DNA of 63,132 nt, filler included, from Octopus bimaculoides (GCF_001194135.2; 4 parts of 4 records of this genome joined end to end with filler, not necessarily neighbours in it); one strand, 5' to 3'; shown: positions 24,435 through 37,870, counted from the whole stretch's first letter. A program made the numbers and translations. Notes: generated from the sequence alone by a model not told the origin.

Positions 24435-24900
24435 CATCATCATCGTTTAACATGTGCCTTCCATGCTGGCATGGATGAGACAGTTTGACAGGAGCCAGCC
24501 AGGCAGAAGCCTGCACCAGACTTTTGTGACTGTTTTGGCAGGATTTTTACAGCTGAATGCCCTTTCTAACACCAACCACTCAGCAGAGTGGACTTCGTGT
24601 TTTTTATGTAGCACAAGCACAGGCAAGATCTGTTTTGGCAAGGTTTTTACAGCTGGATGCCCTTCCAAACACTAACCACTTTACATTGTAGGCTGGGTGC
24701 TTTTTAAGTAGCACTTGCACTAACAGGGTCACCAAGTAACTTGCACGACAAAAATCTTTTGAGAGGGGAGGAGGCGATCTTCTGTCAGATGATGAAAAGT
24801 TATAGTGAGACAGAAACAGGTTTCTTGCTGTAGAGGAGGTACAAGGTTACCTGCCCATAGAGAGAGAGATCAGGAATGAGGACAGAAACAGGTGTGCTGC
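24435..24900 (-). mobile_element. (GAT)n-tailed SINE relative with internal tandem duplication
   Basis: catcatcatcgtttaa...ccatgctggcatgg end; tttttacagctgratgccc segment present twice (~24545, ~24645). Confidence 0.7.
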
Positions 24901-25560
24901 TGCAAAGGAGATACATGGTGACCCAACCTGAGGGAAGTGCAAGAGAAGGAGAGAGAGAGAGTGGGAGACAGCAAGATAGAGATGGTGGCAAAGTGCTGGG
25001 CGTACTCACAGGAGACAGGGATCAGAATATAAATGGGATGGTCGAGTGAAGGCACAGAGAGATATAGATGATGGCAAGTGCCAGGGGATACCTTTGAGGT
25101 TCAAATGTCATAATATAAGTGGCAGGATATTGCCAAAGAAACGTGATTAGAGAGTGCGGAGTGGGGGGAGATTTGAAAACCTAGATATATATATATATAT
25201 AGAGTGGGGTGGGGGATTACCACATAGCAATGATTCAGAGAAACAGAATTGTGAGGACAGGATTTGGGAGTGAGAGGTAGGCAAATTGTATGAAGAAGGA
25301 AATGTGAGGAAGACAAGAGATGTAGATTGGTTTGTAGAGGTAGGGTGTGTGAAAAGTTTTCTTGTTACATGTGGGTGGAACACACGGGTCGGTGGGGGCT
25401 AGCAGATAGCAATGATACAGTGAAAAAGGACCAAGAAGACAGGATTGGGGAGTGAGAGGTAAGCAGAGTGCATGAAGTAGAAATGTGAGGAAGAGACGTA
25501 GAGATGTAGTTTGGTTTGTTGTGGTAGAGTGTGTGGAAAGTTTTCTTGTTATGTGTGGGT

Positions 25561-25790
25561 GGCTCTTTTCAAAAACCTCATATCACTAGATATCTCAGTC
25601 CATTGTCATTTCCTCCGTGAGGCCCAACATTCTGATTTATATATATATCATTGTTTAAACGTCCGCTTTCCATGCTAGCATGGAAAGCGGATGTTTAAAC
25701 GATGATATATATATAAATCAGAATGTTGGGCCTCACGGAGGAAATGACAATGGACTGAGATATCTAGTGATATGAGGTCCTTGAAAAGAG

Positions 25791-25792
<2 letters not shown>
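25561..25792. repeat. 232-bp spacer-less palindrome
   Basis: 116-bp arms, 4 mismatches by eye, centred on catgct|agcatg (25676/25677). Confidence 0.95.
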
Positions 25793-25842
<50 letters not shown>

Positions 25843-25997
25843 NNNNNNNNNNNNNNNNNNNNNNNNNNNNNNNNNNNNNNNNNNNNNNNNNNNNNNNNNN
25901 NNNNNNNNNNNNNNNNNNNNNNNNNNNNNNNNNNNNNNNNNNNNNNNNNNNNNNNNNNNNNNNNNNNNNNNNNNNNNNNNNNNNNNNNNNNNNNNNN

Positions 25998-26054
<57 letters not shown>

Positions 26055-26418
26055 TACATACTTATACATAACAGTTTTCTACAGTTTTTGTCAACTAAAT
26101 TCTATTCACAACACTTGGGTCAATCCAAAGTTCTAGTAGAAAACATCTGCACAAGGTATCATACAGTGAAGTAGAACTCAGAAGAATATGGCTGCAAAGC
26201 GAGCTTCTTAGCACCACACAGTAAAGCCTATAGGTAGATGTGCATGTCTGTATACACCTATGATATGTACGCGTGTGGAAATCTATCTATCTATCTACCT
26301 ATCTATCTATTCACACACATATATGCACACGCGTACGCGCATTCAGGCATATATATATATGTAATATATATATANNNNNNNNNNNNNNNNNNNNNNNNNN
26401 NNNNNNNNNNNNNNNNNN

Positions 26419-26430
26419 TTAATTAATTAA
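26419..26430. other. Assembly spacer TTAATTAATTAA inside an N gap (also 57867-57878, 60107-60118)
   Basis: Identical 12-mer flanked by Ns on both sides; gives stop codons in all six frames. Confidence 0.9.
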
Positions 26431-26849
26431 NNNNNNNNNNNNNNNNNNNNNNNNNNNNNNNNNNNNNNNNNNNNGGAGTATGTGTAAGTGTAAGTTTGTT
26501 TTCTTGAAAAGACTACTGTATAAAATGTGTAGAGGAGAAAAAATTGTAACGCTTTGAAATTGCACTGGAAGATATTCCGAAAAATATCTAATCTATATGA
26601 TAAAACGTGCACAACTGACGTTAATAAAAGCATTTATGTTGAATGCTACAAAAATATTTTAAAGCTAATATACAGTCAGAAGAGTAGTCAAATACCAGTG
26701 AGCAACCAATGAAACAGAGGGAGAAAAATAGAAGAAAATGAATACATACATACACACACAAGTACACACAGAGAAGCGCGCGTGTGAGTGCGCACACTCA
26801 CATACACACACACACATACTCATATATATATATCAAAGTCTGACAGAAT

Positions 26850-27235
26850 CACAGTATCGACCAAACTCCCAGATGCTGTTAGACACCGCTGGTCACAATG
26901 TGCTTTCCAGTTTTGTTTTGATTGCGGAATTCATTTCCATCTTGAGCAAACTGCTAACATATGTCTGATTTGCAGGTGACATTGTACTAATCGCTGAAAC
27001 TACAGACAAGATGCAGACAATGCTGACGGAGCTGAACAATCAGAGCTTAGCAGTAGGTCTTAAAATGTACACACGGAAACAAAATATATGCGGTCGGACG
27101 ACATTGCACAAAGTTGAACAGAGTTGAGAAGGATGTAATCCAGGAGGCAGAAGAGTACATCTACTTAGGGCACACAGTAAATATGCAACGAGTTATCGAT
27201 GCTGAAATTTCAAAGAGAGTAAGATGGAAGGCTAT
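26850..27235 (+). mobile_element. RTE-clade LINE reverse transcriptase fragment
   Basis: FAGDIVLIAETTDKMQTMLTELNNQSLAVGLKM and EAEEYIYLGHTV...DAEISKRVR, frameshifted. Confidence 0.85.
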
Positions 27236-27264
27236 TAACTCTCTATCTCTTTCTTTTTCTCTCT

Positions 27265-27720
27265 CGCTACTTTACAACCTGAATGAAATTGAGAGAAAAC
27301 GGAAAGAAAAGGACTTTATTAAGAAATTCAAACCTACTCTTAACAAACAATGATTAAATTAATCTTACGTGGAGTTTAAAAATCTTATCCCTATAACTAA
27401 AACACAACAACTCTCTCAAATGTCATCATTTCTAAAAATAAACATTGAAAAATGGTTTGGCATCATCTCTAAAAATAGCCAAACACCTACTGCTGCTGTC
27501 CAAAGGAATGTGTATAAAGGACAAAAAGACAGCCAGTCAACTACAGTTAAAACACATCTGTCAGAAGGGACCTTGATGACTGCTAGAAAGCAGGAAAGTA
27601 TACTAGTCCTTATACGTTTAATACTAAATATTTTATTTATTCAATAAGACATTCAATACTTCATTTCATTTTACTATTTATATTATATATCCCATATTCT
27701 ACATCTCACATTAATTTTAT
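27265..27720 (+). mobile_element. Penelope-like element 3' fragment (GIY-YIG C-terminus plus 3' non-coding region)
   Basis: EIERKRKEKDFIKKFKPTLNKQ* (stop ends 27353) matches the typical PLE endonuclease end; hammerhead motif ~210 nt downstream. Confidence 0.7.
27566..27611 (+). ncRNA. Minimal type I hammerhead motif (family 3)
   Basis: AGGGAC-CUUGAUGA-CUGC-uagaaa-GCAG-GAAA-GUAUAC-UA-GUCCUU; 6-bp helix I, 4-bp helix II, palindromic GUAUAC, one extra U in the core. Confidence 0.75.
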
Positions 27721-28774
27721 AAGAATATAAATAAAACATAAAAAACAGAGAGAGTTGGAACTCGTTTAAATGATATATATATATATATATATATATANNN
27801 NNNNNNNNNNNNNNNNNNNNNNNNNNNNNNNNNNNNNNNNNNNNNNNNNNNNNNNNNNNNNNNNNNNNNNNNNNNNNNNNNNNNNNNNNNNNNNNNNNNN
27901 NNNNNNNNNNNNNNNNNNNNNNNNNNNNNNNNNNNNNNNNNNNNNNNNNNNNNNNNNNNNNNNNNNNNNNNNNNNNNNNNNNNNNNNNNNNNNNNNNNNN
28001 NNNNNNNNNNNNNNNNNNNNNNNNNNNNNNNNNNNNNNNNNNNNNNNNNNNNNNNNNNNNNNNNNNNNNNNNNNNNNNNNNNNNNNNNNNNNNNNNNNNN
28101 NNNNNNNNNNNNNNNNNNNNNNNNNNNNNNNNNNNNNNNNNNNNNNNNNNNNNNNNNNNNNNNNNNNNNNNNNNNNNNNNNNNNNNNNNNNNNNNNNNNN
28201 NNNNNNNNNNNNNNNNNNNNNNNNNNNNNNNNNNNNNNNNNNNNNNNNNNNNNNNNNNNNNNNNNNNNNNNNNNNNNNNNNNNNNNNNNNNNNNNNNNNN
28301 NNNNNNNNNNNNNNNNNNNNNNNNNNNNNNNNNNNNNNNNNNNNNNNNNNTGTGTGTGTGTGTGTGTGTGTGTGTGTGTCTGCCTGTGTGTGCGTGAGAG
28401 GCTTAAGTACGTAGAGAAAAAATGTTGTGGGCTGAAGGAAGTTTCCTGCAGGAATTTCTTCAGCAAATCTTTTAAACTTGCCATGGAGACATTTTCGCTG
28501 AAGGAAAATAACAAAGAACACTACACCTACACCTAGACTACGGTTTCCACGCAGAACGAAAATCTAAATTATAATTAAATAAGTCCTTTTCCGTCAACCA
28601 CCTTGGCTAACTGCAATATAAGTTGCCATAGTATTAAATAACTAACAGACTGAAGAATTTTAGCCGTCCTACCCAGGCTATCAGGCAAAATACACCGACT
28701 GAAACATACATTATAAACAATAAGTTTGACTCTACTCCTGCTGTTGATTACTCTTTCTTCTATTCGTCGCCACT

Positions 28775-29160
28775 AATATATTCGTTTAGTCCTTTACTTG
28801 TTTCAGTCATTTGACTGTGGCCATGCTGGAGCGCCGCCTTGAAGGGTTTTATTCAAGCAAATCGACTCCAGGGTTTATTTTCTTAAGCTGGGTACTTATT
28901 GTATCGGTTCCATTTTGCCGAACCGCTAAGTTACACCAACACCGGTTATCAAGCGGTGATTGGAGGGAGAGACAAACACAGGCACACACACATAGATATA
29001 TACATAATTACATATATATATATATACAATGGGATTCTTTTAGCTTCCCTGTACCAAATCCGTTCACAAGGATTTGGTCAGCCCGAGGCTATATAAGAAG
29101 ACACTTGCCCAAGGTGCCACGCAGTGGGAAATAAACTTCTTACCACACAGCCACGCTTGC
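28775..29160 (-). mobile_element. Near full-length abundant tRNA-derived SINE, CpG-retaining copy
   Basis: Same family as 5640-6030. Confidence 0.85.
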
Positions 29161-29456
29161 GCCTATAACCACGTACATTTATGTATATGCATGTATACAC
29201 ATGTGTATGTATACATATATAATTATCCAATTGCACTTGGGACATCCAAAACAACCAGTACTGGAAAGCATAAGTAGAGAGTAAATGATATAAACATGTG
29301 TTTATCAACATTTCTCTTACGTTTACTCTGTATATCACAACCAGTCCGATAGTAATCAAAGCACTATAGTGGAAGCTGACTGGATGAGAACATCCACCTG
29401 GAGCACTCAACTCAAATTTAGCAGTACTACATGTAAATGCACACATAAGATATACA

Positions 29457-29504
<48 letters not shown>

Positions 29505-30087
29505 ACGCACACACGCACGCATCCCATCCGCACACAGACACACAAACACGAACACACACACACATACATATATGTTTGTATAGGTATGTATATGAAATTA
29601 TGTATTTAATATGTATATTGTTGTATCTAATAATGTTACACCGCTAAACTTAGTGGTTATTAAAGCGATGCATTTATGGATAGTTAATGGGTTGGACGTG
29701 GTGCTGAAGAAGGGACAAAACCTCCTAAATATGTACATCCACTCATTCTCAATTTTTCAACCTTTCTATTGCATTGTTTCCGTAGACGTATTCGTGTACA
29801 AAACAACTTAACTTTCAGTGGTGGCTTTAAACTCTATAGAAAATCTGTATAGATAAACTTATATACGTATGTANNNNNNNNNNNNNNNNNNNNNNNNNNN
29901 NNNNNNNNNNNNNNNNNNNNNNNNNNNNNNNNNNNNNNNNNNNNNNNNNNNNNNNNNNNNNNNNNNNNNNNNNNNNNNNNNNNNNNNNNNNNNNNNNNNN
30001 NNNNNNNNNNNNNNNNNNNNNNNNNNNNNNNNNNNNNNNNNNNNNNNNNNNNNNNNNNNNNNNNNNNNNNNNNNNNNNNNNNNNNNN

Positions 30088-30124
<37 letters not shown>

Positions 30125-31653
30125 GTACATACTCACATAAGACTGAGGAGAGAACGAACGGGGATCTGCAGCTCATTATGCCATGCTGTTTCTTTGTGTT
30201 TTATTCTCAGACTACATGTTTACAGAATGTATCTTCCATGTGAAATCTTCCCCCCTGTCATCACCAATCTCACTTTGTCTATGAAAGCTTTATGTCTTGT
30301 CCCATTCGTAACCCACGCAGACCAAATTGAAACATTTTCAAACAAGAATCTAAATCAGGTCATTGATTCGATTTGAAGTTTTGTTAAACTTTTGCAAAAC
30401 CTGACGAGCTGAAGCAAAATATTTTCCCAAGAATCCTGCATGATACATAACGAAATTGTTAAGCTGATTAGTAATAGCTTAGCAATTAAGGGGGTATTTT
30501 TAGATTTACATTTAAAGATTTGAAATGTTTATGATGAAATATAATTGAAAATAATAAAAAAAGACTTTAAAGGTCATTAAATGTCAATTTATATTTCCTT
30601 TCCGATGAAATCAGTTAGAATATAATTTTATTTCTTTATCTATTTATTTGCGTTATCTACTTCTGTATCTATAGATCTATTGGCCTGTCTCTCTATGCAT
30701 CAGTCGTGATGAAGGCATATATTATTTTTATGTGGCAACATGCATACATACAAGTACTAATATGCACAAATACATACATACATACATATATATATACATA
30801 CATACATATATATATNNNNNNNNNNNNNNNNNNNNNNNNNNNNNNNNNNNNNNNNNNNNNNNNNNNNNNNNNNNNNNNNNNNNNNNNNNNNNNNNNNNNN
30901 NNNNNNNNNNNNNNNNNNNNNNNNNNNNNNNNNNNNNNNNNNNNNNNNNNNNNNNNNNNNNNNNNNNNNNNNNNNNNNNNNNNNNNNNNNNNNNNNNNNN
31001 NNNNNNNNNNNNNNNNNNNNNNNNNNNNNNNNNNNNNNNNNNNNNNNNNNNNNNNNNNNNNNNNNNNNNNNNNNNNNNNNNNNNNNNNNNNNNNNNNNNN
31101 NNNNNNNNNNNNNNNNNNNNNNNNNNNNNNNNNNNNNNNNNNNNNNNNNNNNNNNNNNNNNNNNNNNNNNNNNNNNNNNNNNNNNNNNNNNNNNNNNNNN
31201 NNNNNNNNNNNNNNNNNNNNNNNNNNNNNNNNNNNNNNNNNNNNNNNNNNNNNNNNNNNNNNNNNNNNNNNNNNNNNNNNNNNNNNNNNNNNNNNNNNNN
31301 NNNNNNNNNNNNNNNNNNNNNNNNNNNNNNNNNNNNNNNNNNNNNNNNNNNNNNNNNNNNNNNNNNNNNNNNNNNNNNNNNNNNNNNNNNNNNNNNNNNN
31401 NNNNNNNNNNNNNNNNNNNNNNNNNNNNNNNNNNNNNNNNNNNNNNNNNNNNNNNNNNNNNNNNNNNNNNNNNNNNNNNNNNNNNNNNNNNNNNNNNNNN
31501 NNNNNNNNNNNNNNNNNNNNNNNNNNNNNNNNNNNNNNNNNNNNNNNNNNNNNNNNNNNNNNNNNNNNNNNNNNNNNNNNNNNNNNNNNNNNNNNNNNNN
31601 NNNNNNNNNNNNNNNNNNNNNNNNNNNNNNNNNNNNNNNNNNNNNNNNNNNNN

Positions 31654-31826
<173 letters not shown>

Positions 31827-32299
31827 GAAGAGAGAGAGAGAGAGAGAGAGTTGATGATGATGATGGCGATGGCGACATTTTTTAAGTTGTCACAGGGATA
31901 CATGTGGAGATAACGAGAGAGTATACAATTTATCTGTAGGTTACATACGAGGAAGAAAGAGTGGATAGAAGAGATGAGGTGCAAAGTATACATAGAATAA
32001 TGAAGACGATAATGACGGTAATGATGATAGCTTTCTAATTGCCACAAGGCTGATGTTTGATACAGCATTACAAGAAGAGTTGAAAAAAGTGTTTATATCG
32101 AAATTCGAAGAATGAGAAGCAAAAAATGAAGTGTGGTATATACTGTATACAAATATAATATCCACGCTGGTATATACGACTATCAAGGGTCCGTAAAAGA
32201 ACTCCATATACCGTCGCGTACCATTACTACCAAGGGAAACTTCCTCCTCCCTGATGATGTCTCCTGTTTCTCCTGATGAATCCCGGAAGCCCACCGAAT

Positions 32300-32780
32300 A
32301 ATCCAAGATCGTTTTATTCTGTCTTGTTGGATCGAGCACTAGCTGTGTCAGGAAAAATTCATCCTTTAGTTTAAAGAGTAATTCTGCTGCTGCTTTGTCT
32401 GGTGTAGTGCAGTTGCCTAACTTCAGAGTATTTGTGGGTCAGTTTATATAAGGGAGGTTAAATTCACCCATCTCCAGTATTATTCCAGAGTTGTATCTTT
32501 GAAAGAAGGATTGATTTTGTTGGGCCATTCTTCAGGGTACTTTAGAGGTGGTTGGGGCGGACTTTAGAGACCAACAATGGTTATGTCTTTGGCCTTGTTG
32601 AATAGTGATATGGATTCACAGTAGCCACTGGAAAATATTTGCTTGGCATCAACTGCAAAGGAGTCATGGAGAAAGATTGCTGTTCCTCCTTTATTTCGGT
32701 CTGTGCAATCTGCACGAATGGTGGTGAAATATCTTATTTTCACCTCGGCATCCATGTTAGTGCTATTTAGATGAGTTTCA
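32300..32780 (-). mobile_element. LINE apurinic-type endonuclease fragment (CR1/Jockey-like)
   Basis: ETHLNSTNMDAEVKIRYFTTIRADCTDRNKGGTAIFLHD and downstream LDPTRQNKTILD. Confidence 0.85.
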
Positions 32781-32792
32781 TATATATAAATA

Positions 32793-32912
<120 letters not shown>

Positions 32913-33039
32913 CGTGTGGGTGTATGTGTGTATGTGTGTGTACATATACATACATACACACATACAGATACACAGACACACACACATGAATTTTAGTCCA
33001 GTTCATGTGTATTTGTGACATATTTTAACTTTAGAAGTT

Positions 33040-33530
33040 ACCATGGAGAAAAATTTCTCTCTTATGGTAAAACGTGTGAAAACACTATATCTGTCCAGTG
33101 CTTCTCCCTTGTCAGATTCATAGAAGGTCGTTTCTCACTCTTTAGCCTTCATCAATGGAGAATACATTAGAGAGATAACTCTGGGCAGATTCAAAACCGT
33201 AACTTTAACTGAAAGACCGTCAATGTCAGTGAAGGAGTTGCGTTATTCCACCGCTTGGTCGAGGTATATATAATGGTAGCATCAATGCCAAGCAGCGTTT
33301 AGGAGTAAACGAACATTAGGTTCGCTAAAATATTTTTGTGACGTATTTTATCTTCTAAATGTAAATTAATTCCAGTCAGCGTGGAGAAAAAACCTCTTAT
33401 ATGGTAAAAGATGAAAAAACACCATATCTATATGGTGCTTCGCCCTATAAGATTCCCTGACAGCCGTTCCTGTCTCTTCAACCGCAACGCGAAATACCGA
33501 AGAGAGATAACCAGTTGCAGGAGGCGTTCT
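33040..33530. repeat. Diverged tandem duplication, period ~335 bp
   Basis: tggagaaaaa..tctcttatggtaaaa...aaaacac.atatct...gtgctt..ccct...agatt...agagagataac occurs at ~33042 and ~33381. Confidence 0.6.
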
Positions 33531-33853
33531 CCTGTGGTTAAAATGGTAGTAACGTTGGTTCCAACGGAACTGCCATATTGAAATGGTGATAAACATTACT
33601 TCTCTGTATAGTTTATAATTACTTATTTCATTCCTTACAGAATTTTTCTAACTCGCTAATTTACTCTCACACACACACATTTATACATACAAACATATAC
33701 ATACTATATATATGCTATATATATATGTATATATACATATACTTCTATTTATATACATATGTATATGTATATATATGTATATACACATGCATACGTTGAT
33801 GTGTGTATGTACATATATATATGTATACATATATATATGTATATGTATATATG

Positions 33854-33885
<32 letters not shown>

Positions 33886-36800
33886 CGTGTATTATCTACA
33901 AACCTCTTACATATGCAGATATCACATACACGCACACAGAAAGATACATAACACGATATATCACATAAGACTAGTAATTTTTTTAACTGTTTTTCTTTGA
34001 TATGCCCCAGATTTCTTGTAGCTTTGCAACTTCGACGAACATCTAACTAAAACCTCGAATGTAGCAAGTAACTTTAAATAATCTAAACAAATAAAAACAC
34101 TTTGATAAACAAGATTTTGTTATTCTTTTGTTCATCAATAATGGTTCGAAACACTGATCTCTAGACATCGTCTCTACTGAAACAAAGAGTTAAGTAAATG
34201 ATATTTATTGCGACACACAACGTTCCCTCATGACGATCTCATTTCGAACTTCGCAAAATTCTCGTATATTTCAGACATACAAAGCACACAACACTAGAGG
34301 CACAGAAATAATACTACCGACACATTCACCGAGTACTGATCCACCAGCTACAACGTTTTCTGATAAGATCAATAGTAAAGCAATTCTTTTCAATGTGATT
34401 GATCACAGATAAGTTTCAAATCTATTTACACTCAGAGGAATATTGATGAATGCTTTTCAAATCTCGCTCTTTAATATTAGAATATTGAAAATATGAATAG
34501 AAGCGTGGATATAAATTATATATCTATATGTGTATATGTATATGTGGGACAGTGGATGTGATGTGCTTGTGTACAATTTGGTANNNNNNNNNNNNNNNNN
34601 NNNNNNNNNNNNNNNNNNNNNNNNNNNNNNNNNNNNNNNNNNNNNNNNNNNNNNNNNNNNNNNNNNNNNNNNNNNNNNNNNNNNNNNNNNNNNNNNNNNN
34701 NNNNNNNNNNNNNNNNNNNNNNNNNNNNNNNNNNNNNNNNNNNNNNNNNNNNNNNNNNNNNNNNNNNNNNNNNNNNNNNNNNNNNNNNNNNNNNNNNNNN
34801 NNNNNNNNNNNNNNNNNNNNNNNNNNNNNNNNNNNNNNNNNNNNNNNNNNNNNNNNNNNNNNNNNNNNNNNNNNNNNNNNNNNNNNNNNNNNNNNNNNNN
34901 NNNNNNNNNNNNNNNNNNNNNNNNNNNNNNNNNNNNNNNNNNNNNNNNNNNNNNNNNNNNNNNNNNNNNNNNNNNNNNNNNNNNNNNNNNNNNNNNNNNN
35001 NNATATATATATATGCATATGTGTTTGTATATATATATATATATATATATAAAAGTCGTAATAATGGCAGGAAATCAAACTTATACGACTCGATGCCAAT
35101 ATAAGCTAACCGGTTCAGCGGCTCGGAGTCCACTTACGTAGCAGCACTAACAACAATATGGAGTAGTTTATTACTTTTACCTTGAATAGTAAATCTTGTT
35201 GTGTTTACCTGAAATCAAAGATAGGGAAGACAATTCACCCTAAATCACATTCAGGAGCAATGGACAGCGATGTTTTGCCGTTTTTCTGGCTTATCAACAT
35301 CACGTGCTTGACATAAATGATAAACTACTTATTGTCTCCTTCTTTTCGTATCCGATGTGCCACCTTTTAATGTGTATTGCATTTTCATTTGTAGCTACGT
35401 AGAACACACTCTTCGTGCTCTTCACGAAGAATCATGTCCTGAAGAATTTGGTTTACATTTAATATTATTCCATTAATTTCATAGAATAGGGAATGTGAGA
35501 TGTGTATGTTGGTATTTATTAGTATCGTTATCTGAATTGTTGACCTGTTGTAAATCTTATGGTTATTAATGTCATATTTATCAAAGTTGTTATATTTGTT
35601 TTCTCCTTATTCTTGCCAGTGTTAATGGTAGCATTGTTCGTAATGCAGCTACTGTTTCTGTGTCTTTTTCTTTTTCGTTGTAGTGTTACAGCACAAAATA
35701 GTCGAGACTATCTTATGCTCTCGCAAGGAAGATAATCTTAAACTGGTCTGCGATAACATATTTTATCAAATTTTCTCTTTTCTATTCTCTTCATTACAAC
35801 ATCCATCTGCTCGCAACCTTAGAAATAGATCGGGCGGGATACCCTCTCCACGTTTCCAGCCGCTGCCAAGATATGGAGATTCATTTCGGTCCTCTACCAG
35901 TTATACAGAGATGTGGGTATGCAGTTTGCTACGACTCTTTAATCTTCCAGGAAAATGACTAATGTGCTTTGACCATTATGTGAGTCAAATCCATTATAGT
36001 ATTGCAATATCTCCATTTTGTAGAGAGTAAGAATAGTACACACAGATATACACACACACTACCACTTTTTGTTTCTCTCTTACTTATAAGGTGTGTGTTA
36101 TGGTGGGATCTAATTTTCTTTTATATATGTACATGTGTTCTCTTTCTACTTGGCCGGTAACCTGCTTGGTGGTAATATTGTAGAGAAAATATATTAATTA
36201 TATATTTTATTGTGGGACCACGAGGGACCATTTTTCTTATTTTGATCTCACTTCGAAGATCACTCACTCTTACAATGATAATAAATTCTAGAATATTTTG
36301 ATTGTCACATATGTGGCAAAATATATAAGATATGGAGCGACGACGGTATTTCTAAGAATTTCAGCTAATCAAGCTGGCACATATCATGACGCTTCAATGA
36401 TAAACAGAAAGGAGTGTATAGTGTGCATTTTGTACTGGATTGCTAAAACATCTCTCTCATGGACTGTAGATCTTTTCTTTCTTTCCTTTATCATATTCAA
36501 ATTCACGTCAAATTCACGTTTTCAACGAATTACTTTTAAACTTCCTTCTCATTTTGTTGTCTTAAACAACAATAATATGTCGTTTGAATTATTTCCCTCG
36601 CTATTTGTATTTCTAGCTTCCATTTATACCATTTTGATTCCGCTCGATTTTTTACTCTTCATTGTGGTATTTTTCGGATAATTTCTCGAGGTAAGCACTA
36701 ACGTAGCTAACAAATTCGTTTTCAATTTTGTTTTCTGCACATTTTTATCATTGGTGCTTCTTATTTTTTATGTAGAGGGTTCTAATTAAATGAATTCTTT

Positions 36801-37689
36801 TACCATTTAAAGTGAGATGTTTTTAACTTAAGGGTACTCTATGCAAGGAAGTTAGTGTTATATTCTTTCTATAACTATATAATGGTTTTCGATATTCATG
36901 AACAAGTTTGTTTGCAAAGTGATCTATTTTTTGACTTTGCTTTTCTATGAGATAAAATCTTCCAATGATCCTAGAGGTTCTTTGTGGCTTTTATATACGT
37001 TTATGTGGGGAAGTTTGCATTTCTAAATGTACGTATAATGAAAGAGAATATAAGCATGTCTCCTATATAAGTCCGTATCTATTTTAAATCAGATCTAGAA
37101 GAGATTACAATAGATATTAATTTTTTACTGATATTGTAGACACAAATATGTGCTTCAATTTTGTAATTTTTCTGAGACAAATACCAAATCAATTTTTGAT
37201 ATTTGTTCCAGAAAGTACTTGATTTTATAATTCTTTTATCCTTCTTCATATTTTACTCTTTCATTTTATCTCACGATCTTTATCGAGTATCGATAATATA
37301 TTTCTAAAGCTCTGTTAATCTAGATTCACTATTAATAACATAAAAGGGAAAAAGAAAAGAGGCAATATTTATGTTGATTTGTTGGAGAATGATGGAATAT
37401 ATCGAACGCTGCTTCAATTTATATTTTGAAGCTAAACTGTAAAAGAAAAGAAGGATTCCTATATTTATTAATAGTTCATATTCCGGAATTTAAAATATAA
37501 GGATAGGGAATTTGTGGTTCCATAATATTATTAGTTCTGTTTAGGAAACTTGATCGGCAGATGCTCCGAGTTGAGAGTTTAATTCTTACAGTGGCCAACT
37601 TTGCCTTTCATTCGACTTGGATTGATTAATTAAATTACCATTCGAATACTGAGGTCGATTTAATACACCAACCCTTCTCCAAAATGCAG

Positions 37690-37870
37690 AGCTGCACCCG
37701 GATTGGCAGAATCGTTAGAGTGCTGGCTAAAATGCTTTACAGTATTTTCTCGATTTTTAACATTCTGTGTTCGAATATTACCAAGGTCAACTTTGCGTTT
37801 CATCTTTCCGGGGTTGATAAAATAATGTACCATCAAGTATCGATTAATTCTGCTTCCAAATTTCTGACAT
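37690..37870 (+). mobile_element. Meta/MESC-like SINE, preceded by an older copy at ~37545-37685
   Basis: ttggcagaatcgttagagtgc head, aggtcaactttgcgtttcatctttccggggttgataaaataa body. Confidence 0.7.

Noticed and set aside
26419-26430. Recurrent TTAATTAATTAA motif
   Set aside because: Always embedded in N runs; an assembly spacer, not biology
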